Shown here: piece by piece, positions 8,711 through 20,766 of the stretch
Layout: every line of letters starts with the position of its first letter
How positions within the stretch are numbered: position 1 is the first letter of the stretch
From: an uncultured Lachnospiraceae bacterium
Lineage (GTDB): Bacteria > Bacillota > Clostridia > Lachnospirales > Lachnospiraceae
Direction of reading: 5' to 3'
NCBI GenBank assembly: GCA_902787905.1
Contig: CADAIF010000001.1
Coordinates: forward strand, 1-39,932
DNA length: 39,932 nucleotides
Made by a program: the position numbers and the translations under genes
The notes under the pieces: model-generated
What the model was told of the DNA's origin: nothing
What the model saw: only the letters and a program-made list of their open reading frames with translations
Databases searched by the model: none

Positions 8711-9619
8711 TCAATTGATGATTTCATTCATATAATCCGTATGTTCGGTCACATAACTGATGAACTGTATCATCTGTTCCGTGACCAGTTTTTCCTTTTT
8801 GACAAGCATGGCGATGTTCCAGGGGAAGTGCGGATCCTTCAGATGGATGATCCGGATCTTTTCCCCGGAAGAGAATTTTTTGACGATCGGTTTGGGCAGG
8901 ATACTGATGCCCTGATTCAGGGCGACCATTTCCGCCAGGAAGTCCCACTGGGAGCTCTGAGTTGTGATATTGGGATAGAAGCCGGCCGTCTCGCAGTTGG
9001 TAATGATCTTTTCATGCAGCATATAGGTATTATTGAGAATAAGAAAGTTTTCATCCCTGAGCTCCCTGAAGGCGACCTCGGTCCGGTCGGCCAGGGGATG
9101 ATTCTTATTGACGATCAGTACGTTTTCCGAAGACATTGCGGGAAAGATCTGGTATTTGTCCGGTGAATAGATGGGCAGGATGACGACGCCGATGTCAATT
9201 TCTCCGTTATCTACCATGGACTGGACGATCTGGGCACCGGCCTCGATCACTTCCAGTTCCATATCCGTATATTTTTCTCTGATCTGATAGATCAGATAGC
9301 TGAAATAGGCTGTCGAGATCACCGGCGGTATCCCGACCTTGATCTTGCCTCTGCTGCGATGTACTTTTCTGAAAAGCTCCTGCTTGCTTTCTTCGATGTA
9401 CTGCAGAAGGATCTCCCCTTCACGCATGACGATCTCGCCTTCGTTTGTCAGTTTGAATTGTTTATTTGTTCTGTCGATCAAAACGGCATTCAGATCCTGT
9501 TCCAGCCTTTTGACAGCTTTGCTCAGGGCTGACTGCGTGATATAGATATCATCTGCCGCTTTTGAAAAACTCTGTCTTTTGACGATTTCTACAAAGTATT
9601 GCAAATATTTCAGGTTCAC
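8711..9619 (-). CDS. LysR-family transcriptional regulator
   Basis: N-terminal wHTH (LKYLQYFVEIVKRQSFSKAADDIYITQSALSKAVKRLEQDL) and a C-terminal substrate-binding domain. GTG start. Confidence 0.9.
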   Translation of the reverse strand: MNLKYLQYFVEIVKRQSFSKAADDIYITQSALSKAVKRLEQDLNAVLIDRTNKQFKLTNEGEIVMREGEILLQYIEESKQELFRKVHRSRGKIKVGIPPVISTAYFSYLIYQIREKYTDMELEVIEAGAQIVQSMVDNGEIDIGVVILPIYSPDKYQIFPAMSSENVLIVNKNHPLADRTEVAFRELRDENFLILNNTYMLHEKIITNCETAGFYPNITTQSSQWDFLAEMVALNQGISILPKPIVKKFSSGEKIRIIHLKDPHFPWNIAMLVKKEKLVTEQMIQFISYVTEHTDYMNEIIN

Positions 9620-9936
9620 CCGGTAAATCCCCCCTGTCCTTTATGATCTTGCCAAGGCATGTGCTCTTCTCGCTGTCAGTTTAAAGCCTGAGGGAAGCTT
9701 TACATTTCAGGTCTTACTCATGAAGTCTGCGCGCTGCGTACCGTCTGCCATGTTTTAACCCGGTACGCGCGCGCATTCTCTTAGGAGCAAACATAATAAT
9801 GGTTTTTGGTTATCCTTCTCTGGTTTTCTTCCCAACATTCTTCCTTTTGCCCGGCGAGTACAGGCAGTTAAGAAGATTCTGTCAGTATCCTTTTTAGCAG
9901 CCTCCTTCCTTCTTTAATATTGTAAGTGGTACTTTC

Positions 9937-10002
9937 ATTATAGTTTTCTTCTGCCTTATAGTAAAATTCACGAATTTCAAGCGCGTATGAAATAATTTCA
10001 TG
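9937..10002 (-). promoter_or_regulatory. Second copy of the promoter/operator box, about 300 nt upstream of the LysR gene
   Basis: Same geometry as the first copy: TTACTA-16-TATAAT. The box at 9959-10002 contains the perfect dyad ATGAAAT-A-ATTTCAT. Confidence 0.5.
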
Positions 10003-10115
10003 CTGCCGGTCTCACGAGAGTGTATATGATTATATCATCAGGAACAAACGGACGACTAACGCGTGCTGCTGGCATGGCATTTGCCTGCTTTGGATAGTTT
10101 TTTCCACTAAAAAAA

Positions 10116-10151
10116 AGAGGCTGCCTTTTAGAGGGTGCAACTTAGGGATTT
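10116..10151. repeat. Left terminal inverted repeat candidate of the island
   Basis: agaggctgcc...aacttagggattt matches the reverse complement of 22336-22374 (agaggggctgcc...aaattagggattt), including an exact 10-mer ttagggattt. The blocks are collinear, about 70 percent identical overall. Confidence 0.35.
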
Positions 10152-10189
10152 TATAATCCCGGAATAATCGGCGTAGTCGTAAGCCACGG

Positions 10190-11892
<1,703 letters not shown>

Positions 11893-11922
11893 CTAAACCG
11901 CCCGAAAGTCAACTCATTCCGG

Positions 11923-12084
11923 TCAGGACGCTGCTTTTTCTACGATAGTACCAGAATCGTTAAGGATCAGTTTTCTGATCTTGTCGTAGGCACTTTCTTT
12001 CGCGTTTTCACTGACTGTATATTCCACGATGTAAACCGTATCACCGATGATCTTCTCCACAGTGACAACAGGCTCTCTGTCCAT
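11923..12084 (-). CDS. Small transposon-associated protein (TnpW-like, 53 aa), absent from the supplied ORF track
   Basis: Hand translation gives MDREPVVTVEKIIGDTVYIVEYTVSENAKESAYDKIRKLILNDSGTIVEKAAS. An AAGGGAG RBS lies 7 nt upstream. It sits immediately upstream of the recombinase, as in Tn4451-like elements. The family name is from memory. Confidence 0.55.
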   Translation of the reverse strand: MDREPVVTVEKIIGDTVYIVEYTVSENAKESAYDKIRKLILNDSGTIVEKAAS

Positions 12085-12232
12085 AATGTAATCTCCCTTC
12101 TGCCCGGACGGGCGGCATTTCCTGTTGTCATGGGATTGTCATTGCAGCGGTTATTGTCGGTTTAGCGTGGATTGTCATTTAAGGAGGAGGCAGCCAGCCA
12201 CAGAGTAAGAGAGGCAGCTGGCTGCCGGTGTG

Positions 12233-13213
12233 TCAGGCGATAATCTTGAGACCCTTTACCGCCTTGCGGCGGACAAGCCGCCCATCGAGATACTCCACAC
12301 CGAGGTATCCGATCTGGTCATGCTCCGCAAACTTCTCATACAGAGCGCGGATCCCGAGCGGACGGCGGCAGACTACCCAGTAGTAGCTGTAATCGCCAAA
12401 CAGGATGGGCGTAGCCCCTGCTTCCGCAGAGGGCATGAAATTAGAGATGATTACGGGCTTGCCGAGAATCGTTCCGTCAGAATGGTTCCAGATGTAATTT
12501 CCGGCATCATCCTTCAGCGTCCGCAGCAACAGCGCGGTTTCATCATTCATGATCCACATCGCGCGCTCACGGTATTCCGGCTCCAGTGAGAAGAACAAAG
12601 CGACAACATCGTCATAGGAAAGCGAGGCTGTACTGACATCGACTTCCGCACCGGCTTCTGTATTCAGGAGTCCGCTCGGCTCTTTCATGGTATTTCCGGT
12701 GATGAAGGCGCATTCTTCAGACCTTCCCATCACACGGGCAAAGCGGCGCAGCAGATAATCCCGGAAGTTGAAGACCGCATCATAAACGAACTCTTCATCG
12801 AATTTCACAAAGCTGGCCAGCTTGTGACTGCCAATCCAGCTCACGGTGAAATCCCGGATGCCGTCATAAATGGGAATGGCCTCGCCTTCCGCGTACCAGT
12901 CGGCCAGATCGTCGCAATCCTTTGCGAGGATCTTATGATCGCCAATACCGAGGGTGATGACCGTTCCGATCCTGCGGAAGAGGCTCTCACCACGATGGCA
13001 GGTATCAAGCGCGTTTTGCCGGAGATTGATATTGATGTAGGTGTTGTACTGTTTTCCGCATTTCCTGATAAAGGCCACCATATCGTCAAGCTGATCACTG
13101 GTAAACCACTTAGTGACGGGTGCATTGCCGGGCTTTATATAGGAAACGCCTAAAGCGCCGCTGTTCGTTTTTTCATAGAGGGCATTGATAAAGCCCTCGA
13201 TATTCATTTCCAT
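12233..13213 (-). CDS. Chimeric ORF: about 80-aa primase-like N-terminus fused to the C-terminal two thirds of an HK97-family major capsid protein
   Basis: The C-terminal part (ADWYAEGEAIP...KLASFVKF...RRFARVMGRSEECAFITGN...PSGLL...MNDETALLLRTLKDDAGNYIW...GKPVIISNFMP...FGDYSYYWVV) is HK97-MCP-like but lacks the N-arm/delta region. The N-terminus (NTYININLRQ) resembles prim-pol N-termini. Start at 13213 overlaps the xis stop (TAATG). Confidence 0.55.
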   Translation of the reverse strand: MEMNIEGFINALYEKTNSGALGVSYIKPGNAPVTKWFTSDQLDDMVAFIRKCGKQYNTYININLRQNALDTCHRGESLFRRIGTVITLGIGDHKILAKDCDDLADWYAEGEAIPIYDGIRDFTVSWIGSHKLASFVKFDEEFVYDAVFNFRDYLLRRFARVMGRSEECAFITGNTMKEPSGLLNTEAGAEVDVSTASLSYDDVVALFFSLEPEYRERAMWIMNDETALLLRTLKDDAGNYIWNHSDGTILGKPVIISNFMPSAEAGATPILFGDYSYYWVVCRRPLGIRALYEKFAEHDQIGYLGVEYLDGRLVRRKAVKGLKIIA

Positions 13214-13395
13214 TACAGCCGCTCCTTCTGCGAGTGGATAACGAGCCATTCTTTGAATGCGTCTACCGGGATCAGAATTCTTGTTCCGATGCGGATGACA
13301 GGGAAATCCGGTTCCTTCGTCAGCGCATATGCCTTCGGCAGGCTGATGCCCATCCGTGTGGAGAGTTCCTGAACGCTCATAGTTTCTTTATCCAT
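13213..13395 (-). CDS. Excisionase-type helix-turn-helix DNA-binding protein (60 aa)
   Basis: MDKETMSVQELSTRMGISLPKAYALTKEPDFPVIRIGTRILIPVDAFKEWL is a typical Xis/MerR-like HTH_17 pattern. Start placed at the ATG at 13395 with an AAAGGATGG RBS. The N-terminal extension in the track ORF was rejected. Confidence 0.7.
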   Translation of the reverse strand: MDKETMSVQELSTRMGISLPKAYALTKEPDFPVIRIGTRILIPVDAFKEWLVIHSQKERL

Positions 13396-13662
13396 ATCCA
13401 GTCCATCCTTTCTGTAAATTCGCCCGTAAGGGCAACAAAAAATCACCGGCTCTCTGATTGACTCAGATTGCCGGTGATTGGCGTAGTTTTCATTATTTGG
13501 CTTTGATTGACTCTGATTCCCGAAAGGGCTGGCAAAGGACACAAGTGTCCTTGCGAGTATATTGCATCACTTTAAGTGAGCGTTGTCAATGCTAAATCTC
13601 ACAATATGTTAGAATATGTTAAAAATACATGTAACTTCTTTATGAACAGCACCTCGAATATC

Positions 13663-13691
13663 TTGTATTTCAGCACTGTTATCGTTATAAT
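13663..13691 (+). promoter_or_regulatory. SigA-type promoter TTGTAT-17-TATAAT for the XRE-hsdRMS transcription unit
   Basis: Near-consensus hexamers with a 17-nt spacer. The -10 ends 40 nt upstream of the ATG at 13731. Confidence 0.5.
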
Positions 13692-13730
13692 GGATGATGT
13701 ATTGATATGTGTTGTGAAAGGAGCGTTAGA

Positions 13731-14159
13731 ATGGGCTTCCCGGAAAGATTGAAACAGCTCAGAAAAGAAAAAGGGCTGTCACAGATTATGCTGGCAAAGG
13801 AACTGGGCGTTTCTGGCGGTACGGTCGCCATGTGGGAAACTGGCAAGCGTAAGCCGCAGTTTGAGATGTTCGATAAACTGTGTACGTTTTTCGACCGGAG
13901 CATGGATTACATTCTCGGCGCTTCCGATGATGACAGAAGTTTTACCCTAATAAATGAAGAAGTCCAGCAGCTTGGCGACTGGCAGGTTGAGGAGCAATAC
14001 GAGGACATGCTTAGAAAATATACCCTGCTTGATGATTACGGCAAGGATGCCGTCGATGCCGTTCTCAGGAAGGAATTCAACCGGGCGCAGGAACAGGGAA
14101 CGCTCAACAACAGCATGAGCATATCCGTTTCTGTACGTTCAAAGCCTGTAGTGGGATAA
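13731..14159 (+). CDS. XRE-family HTH transcriptional regulator with a C-terminal extension
   Basis: FPERLKQLRKEKGLSQIMLAKELGVSGGTVAMWETGKRKP is a Cro/C1-type HTH. AAAGGAG RBS before the ATG at 13731. Confidence 0.85.
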   Translation: MGFPERLKQLRKEKGLSQIMLAKELGVSGGTVAMWETGKRKPQFEMFDKLCTFFDRSMDYILGASDDDRSFTLINEEVQQLGDWQVEEQYEDMLRKYTLLDDYGKDAVDAVLRKEFNRAQEQGTLNNSMSISVSVRSKPVVG

Positions 14160-14195
14160 ATATCGGTCAAAAAGCGTCGAAAGGAAGTGTCTGCT

Positions 14196-16958
14196 ATGCT
14201 GCCAGAGGAAAAGGCCAGAGTAAAAATAGATAAACAGTTGACCAGCGCTGGTTGGGATGTCGTGTCAAGAGATGAATATGTCCCGCAAAGCGCATCTGCC
14301 GTAAAAGAAGCGCTTATGCAGGGCAATACGGAAAGCGACTATCTGCTCTTTGTTGATGATAAAGCCATTGCTGTTGTTGAGGCGAAGCGTGAAGAAAACC
14401 CGCTGGGCGAGGATGTACAAGGACAGGCAGAGGATTATGCCTGCAACCCTCAGAGTTGGTATGGCGTATGGTATCCGAACCAGATCCCTCTGGTGTACCT
14501 TGCAAATGGCAGGAAGATCTACTTTAAAAATATGCTGCATCCGGACAGCGACTATGTTGAACTGTCCGAAATGCATTCTCCGAAAAAGATGCTGCAGCTG
14601 ATCGGCCAGGTTTCTGAATATGGTGCTCTTCCCCGGTTGGACAAACGCGGGTTGCGTGATTGCCAGTACCGAGCGGAAACCAAGTTTGAGAAATCCATCA
14701 AGGCCGGTACAAAAAAGAGTCTTGCGGTGCTGGCGACCGGTTCCGGCAAAACATACCTTGCATGCCTTGCCAGCTACAGGCTCCTGAATTATACACCAGC
14801 CCGTAAAATTCTTTTCCTCGTTGACCGAAATAATCTGGCGCGGCAGACGGAAAGTGAATTCAGCACTTTCGACCGCACAGAGGGCCAGCAGGAAATGAGT
14901 TCTCTTTACGAGATCAAGCGGCTGAAAAAAGAAAATGATATAAAAGCGGATATCGTGATTTCCACAATTCAGAAGCTCTTTGCCGTTCTGACCGGGACAA
15001 CGCTCCCCAGTGACGATGACGAGGACGCAGAGGATGAGAAGAATACTGCGGATGAAGAAAAGGAAGATACCAAAGTCATACAGCTTGGTGATAATCTGAA
15101 ACTCCCGCCCGATTATTTTCAGCTTATCATTGTGGATGAATGTCACCGCTCCATCTACGGGAAATGGCGTGCGGTTCTGGATTTTTTCTCTGATGCACAT
15201 GTGCTCGGCCTTACTGCCACACCAACGCCGGAGGCTTATGCATTTTTCAATAACAATATCGTAGAAAACTATACTTACGATGATTCTGTTGTGGACGGGG
15301 TCAACGTTCCTCACCGAGTATACCGGATCAAGACGAAGGTCACGGAACACGGCGGAGCAATAAAATCAGGAACAAAGGTTAAGGAAACATCCCGAAGAAC
15401 CGGCGTAGAGACAACATATAAAGCGCCGGAAAGAGTTGATTATGATCCGCAGGCTCTTGACCGCTCTGTTGTCAATCCCGATCAGATTCGGGAGGTTTTG
15501 GAAGCCTATAAGAAATCCATATATGAAGAGCTCTATCCTGACCGGGAGAAGCGATGGGAGTCTATACCGAAAACACTCATCTTCGCTAAGGATGACTACC
15601 ATGCCACACAGATTGTCGATGTTGCAAAGCAGGTATTTGGAGAAGAGTTTGAGGATGGTGTTGCCCCGAATCATTTTGTTCAGAAAATCACCTATACAGC
15701 GGAAGATTCCAACGGCCTCATCCGTGACCTGCGGACAGAAAAGGATTTCCGTATTGCTGTTACCGTGACGCTCGTGGCGACAGGAACCGATGTAAAACCA
15801 CTGGAAGTAGTTCTTTTTATGAAGGACGTTCATTCCGATGTTCTTTACACGCAGATGAAGGGACGCGGGTGCCGCGTGATCGAAGACGACCGCCTGCGCG
15901 AAGTGACACCAAACGCCAATACAAAAGAATGTTATTACATTGTCGATGCTGTTGGCGTAACAGAGCATGAAAAGGTTATCCCGCATCCGGTTGTCAGCCC
16001 CGGCCCCGGCAACAGGGTTCTCCCGTTGGATAAACTGTTGGAGCACCTCGCTCATAATGAACTGAGCGATGATAACCTGTGGCTGCTCCGTGATTACTGC
16101 GCTACCATAAACCGAAGATATGAAAACAATGCCCTGTTCGGCAGGCATCTTGATTTCTTTATAACATCGTATGGCTTTGCCCCGAGGACGATAGCTGGAA
16201 ACATCCAGACTGCGACAGACGAAGGGCTCCTGATTGAGTGCCAGTACATCGATCCTTCCCACGATAATACCAGGCGTATGGCTTTGATTTACAAGCTGAT
16301 CAGCAACATCCCCGCCCGGAAGAAGCTGCTTGAGATGCAGCGCGGTTATGTCGTGACGACGGAGGACGATCCAGATGAACTGATCTATGCCGGTTTCTCC
16401 AAGGAAACAGCAAAATCGTACATTGAGAACTTTGAGAAGTATCTGGAGGACAACAAGGACAGCATCGAGGCACTGCGCATCATCTATAATTCCGAGGATA
16501 CGGTTATTACGCACAGCATGCTTGCCGATCTTCGTGACAGGCTCCTGTCCGAAAGCCGCCAGTACGGGGTCTATCAGATCTGGAAAAACTATAAGATTCT
16601 GGATGAAACCGGGGATGTGGAGGATCTGGACGTCAAAACGAATGTTAACGCACTGACGAACCTGATCCAGATCGTGCGTTTTGCTTACGGCAAGAATCAG
16701 AAACTCACCAGTCTCATCAAAGGATACGCTCAGCGGTTCAGCCTTTACTGCGGACAGGCGCAGCGTATCCTCACAGATGATCAGAAGGAAATCATGCGGC
16801 AGATTGCCGAATTCGTCATCAACGACGGAGCAATCAACGTAATGGATCTGAACGAGATCGACACCGATCTCTGGCGCAGAGGTGTGATCAGCTTCACCGC
16901 TCCCGTCCTTGCGGAAGAGATGATGGCGATGTCCAGAATTCTGCTGAGAGCAGCATAA
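14196..16958 (+). CDS. hsdR: Type I restriction endonuclease subunit R
   Basis: N-terminal PD-(D/E)xK (DYLLFVDDKAIAVVEAKRE), SF2 helicase motifs (LATGSGKTY, IIVDECHRS, TATP, VATGTDV..L, QMKGRG.R) and an EcoEI-R-like C-terminal domain. The ATG at 14196 is 9 nt after AAAGGAAG. Confidence 0.9.
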   Translation: MLPEEKARVKIDKQLTSAGWDVVSRDEYVPQSASAVKEALMQGNTESDYLLFVDDKAIAVVEAKREENPLGEDVQGQAEDYACNPQSWYGVWYPNQIPLVYLANGRKIYFKNMLHPDSDYVELSEMHSPKKMLQLIGQVSEYGALPRLDKRGLRDCQYRAETKFEKSIKAGTKKSLAVLATGSGKTYLACLASYRLLNYTPARKILFLVDRNNLARQTESEFSTFDRTEGQQEMSSLYEIKRLKKENDIKADIVISTIQKLFAVLTGTTLPSDDDEDAEDEKNTADEEKEDTKVIQLGDNLKLPPDYFQLIIVDECHRSIYGKWRAVLDFFSDAHVLGLTATPTPEAYAFFNNNIVENYTYDDSVVDGVNVPHRVYRIKTKVTEHGGAIKSGTKVKETSRRTGVETTYKAPERVDYDPQALDRSVVNPDQIREVLEAYKKSIYEELYPDREKRWESIPKTLIFAKDDYHATQIVDVAKQVFGEEFEDGVAPNHFVQKITYTAEDSNGLIRDLRTEKDFRIAVTVTLVATGTDVKPLEVVLFMKDVHSDVLYTQMKGRGCRVIEDDRLREVTPNANTKECYYIVDAVGVTEHEKVIPHPVVSPGPGNRVLPLDKLLEHLAHNELSDDNLWLLRDYCATINRRYENNALFGRHLDFFITSYGFAPRTIAGNIQTATDEGLLIECQYIDPSHDNTRRMALIYKLISNIPARKKLLEMQRGYVVTTEDDPDELIYAGFSKETAKSYIENFEKYLEDNKDSIEALRIIYNSEDTVITHSMLADLRDRLLSESRQYGVYQIWKNYKILDETGDVEDLDVKTNVNALTNLIQIVRFAYGKNQKLTSLIKGYAQRFSLYCGQAQRILTDDQKEIMRQIAEFVINDGAINVMDLNEIDTDLWRRGVISFTAPVLAEEMMAMSRILLRAA

Positions 16959-19816
<2,858 letters not shown>

Positions 19817-19833
19817 TATAGGAGGCGCGATCC

Positions 19834-20757
19834 ATGAACCAGAAAGTGAAGAGTCCGTTTCGGTTATTGATGAACAAAAGTGTTTACGCAATACTGGACG
19901 GCGACACTAAATTTGAAGATTACGAATTCATCGATGACTGTTCCACGGCAAAAATCGCCATGCCGTATTTGAGCGGCCCCGACCTGTGTGGACTATCCAC
20001 ATTATTCGGGCTGCCAATGACGTACACATGGGGAGGTGTAAACCTCAGTCGGTGGCAGTATCTTGAAAACCTGTTTGACCACTGTATAAAAGCAGATCGC
20101 GGTTCGGAACTGTTAGCGTATCTCTTTGGCAAACAACAGTTTTCCACCATGTTTGCCGGACATGAGGCGAGTGCTATTGATGCTGCATATACGCATTTTG
20201 TCCAAACAATCATTGGAAAAATAAACGGTACATTGTATTTTGGTGGTAACGAACTTGTAACTATAGGCGATCGTTTTATCGTTAGAAAAATCGGAGCCAA
20301 AGTCGAAGTCCAGGCACCTAAAATCAAAAACATTGACCGTGAATATATTAGAAGTATTTCTACACGGGCAATGGCTGATGTTGACCAGAAAAACTATGAC
20401 AGCGCCATCAATAAGTCACGCACACTGCTCGAAGAGGTATTCTGCTATGTGATAGAGAAAAAAGGCGATACCCCATCAACTTCCGGCAATATAGGTGATT
20501 TATATAAGCAAGTAAAGGACTTGTACAATATGCATGGTGACGCTAATACAGATAAGCGTATCAATACTTTGCTATCAGGTTTGGAGAAAATCGTTTCCTC
20601 GATCTCTGAAATGAGAAACAAAGATAGTGATGCCCATGGTGTTGGCGCGACAAGAATCGCTATTGATGAACACCATGCGCGACTTTTTGTTAATGCTGCT
20701 ATGGCAATGGCTGACTTCATTTTGTCTGTAGAATACAAAGCGAACACCACACCATGA
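19834..20757 (+). CDS. Abortive-infection family protein: unassigned N-terminal region plus an Abi_C-like HEPN C-terminus
   Basis: C-terminus ...LSGLEKIVSSISEMRNKDSDAHGVG...HHARLFVNAAMAMADFIL contains an Rx6H motif and resembles the Abi_C (AbiJ-type) family. The N-terminal MPYLSGPDLCGLSTLFG motif recalls AbiJ N-terminal domains. AGGAGG RBS 17 nt after the hsdS stop. Confidence 0.65.
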   Translation: MNQKVKSPFRLLMNKSVYAILDGDTKFEDYEFIDDCSTAKIAMPYLSGPDLCGLSTLFGLPMTYTWGGVNLSRWQYLENLFDHCIKADRGSELLAYLFGKQQFSTMFAGHEASAIDAAYTHFVQTIIGKINGTLYFGGNELVTIGDRFIVRKIGAKVEVQAPKIKNIDREYIRSISTRAMADVDQKNYDSAINKSRTLLEEVFCYVIEKKGDTPSTSGNIGDLYKQVKDLYNMHGDANTDKRINTLLSGLEKIVSSISEMRNKDSDAHGVGATRIAIDEHHARLFVNAAMAMADFILSVEYKANTTP

Positions 20758-20766
20758 TGGGTAATA

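Noticed and set aside
13396-13542. N-terminal 49-codon extension of the xis-like ORF (track start at 13542)
   Set aside because: The extension has no homology-like pattern and runs through the leader hairpin and the repeats. The internal ATG at 13395 has an RBS and gives the typical 60-aa excisionase size.
14265-16514. Two long minus-strand ORFs (361 and 382 aa) antisense to hsdR
   Set aside because: The plus-strand frame carries complete helicase and nuclease motifs. The antisense translations are Ile/Phe/Leu/Arg-rich with no domain pattern and no RBS-linked starts.
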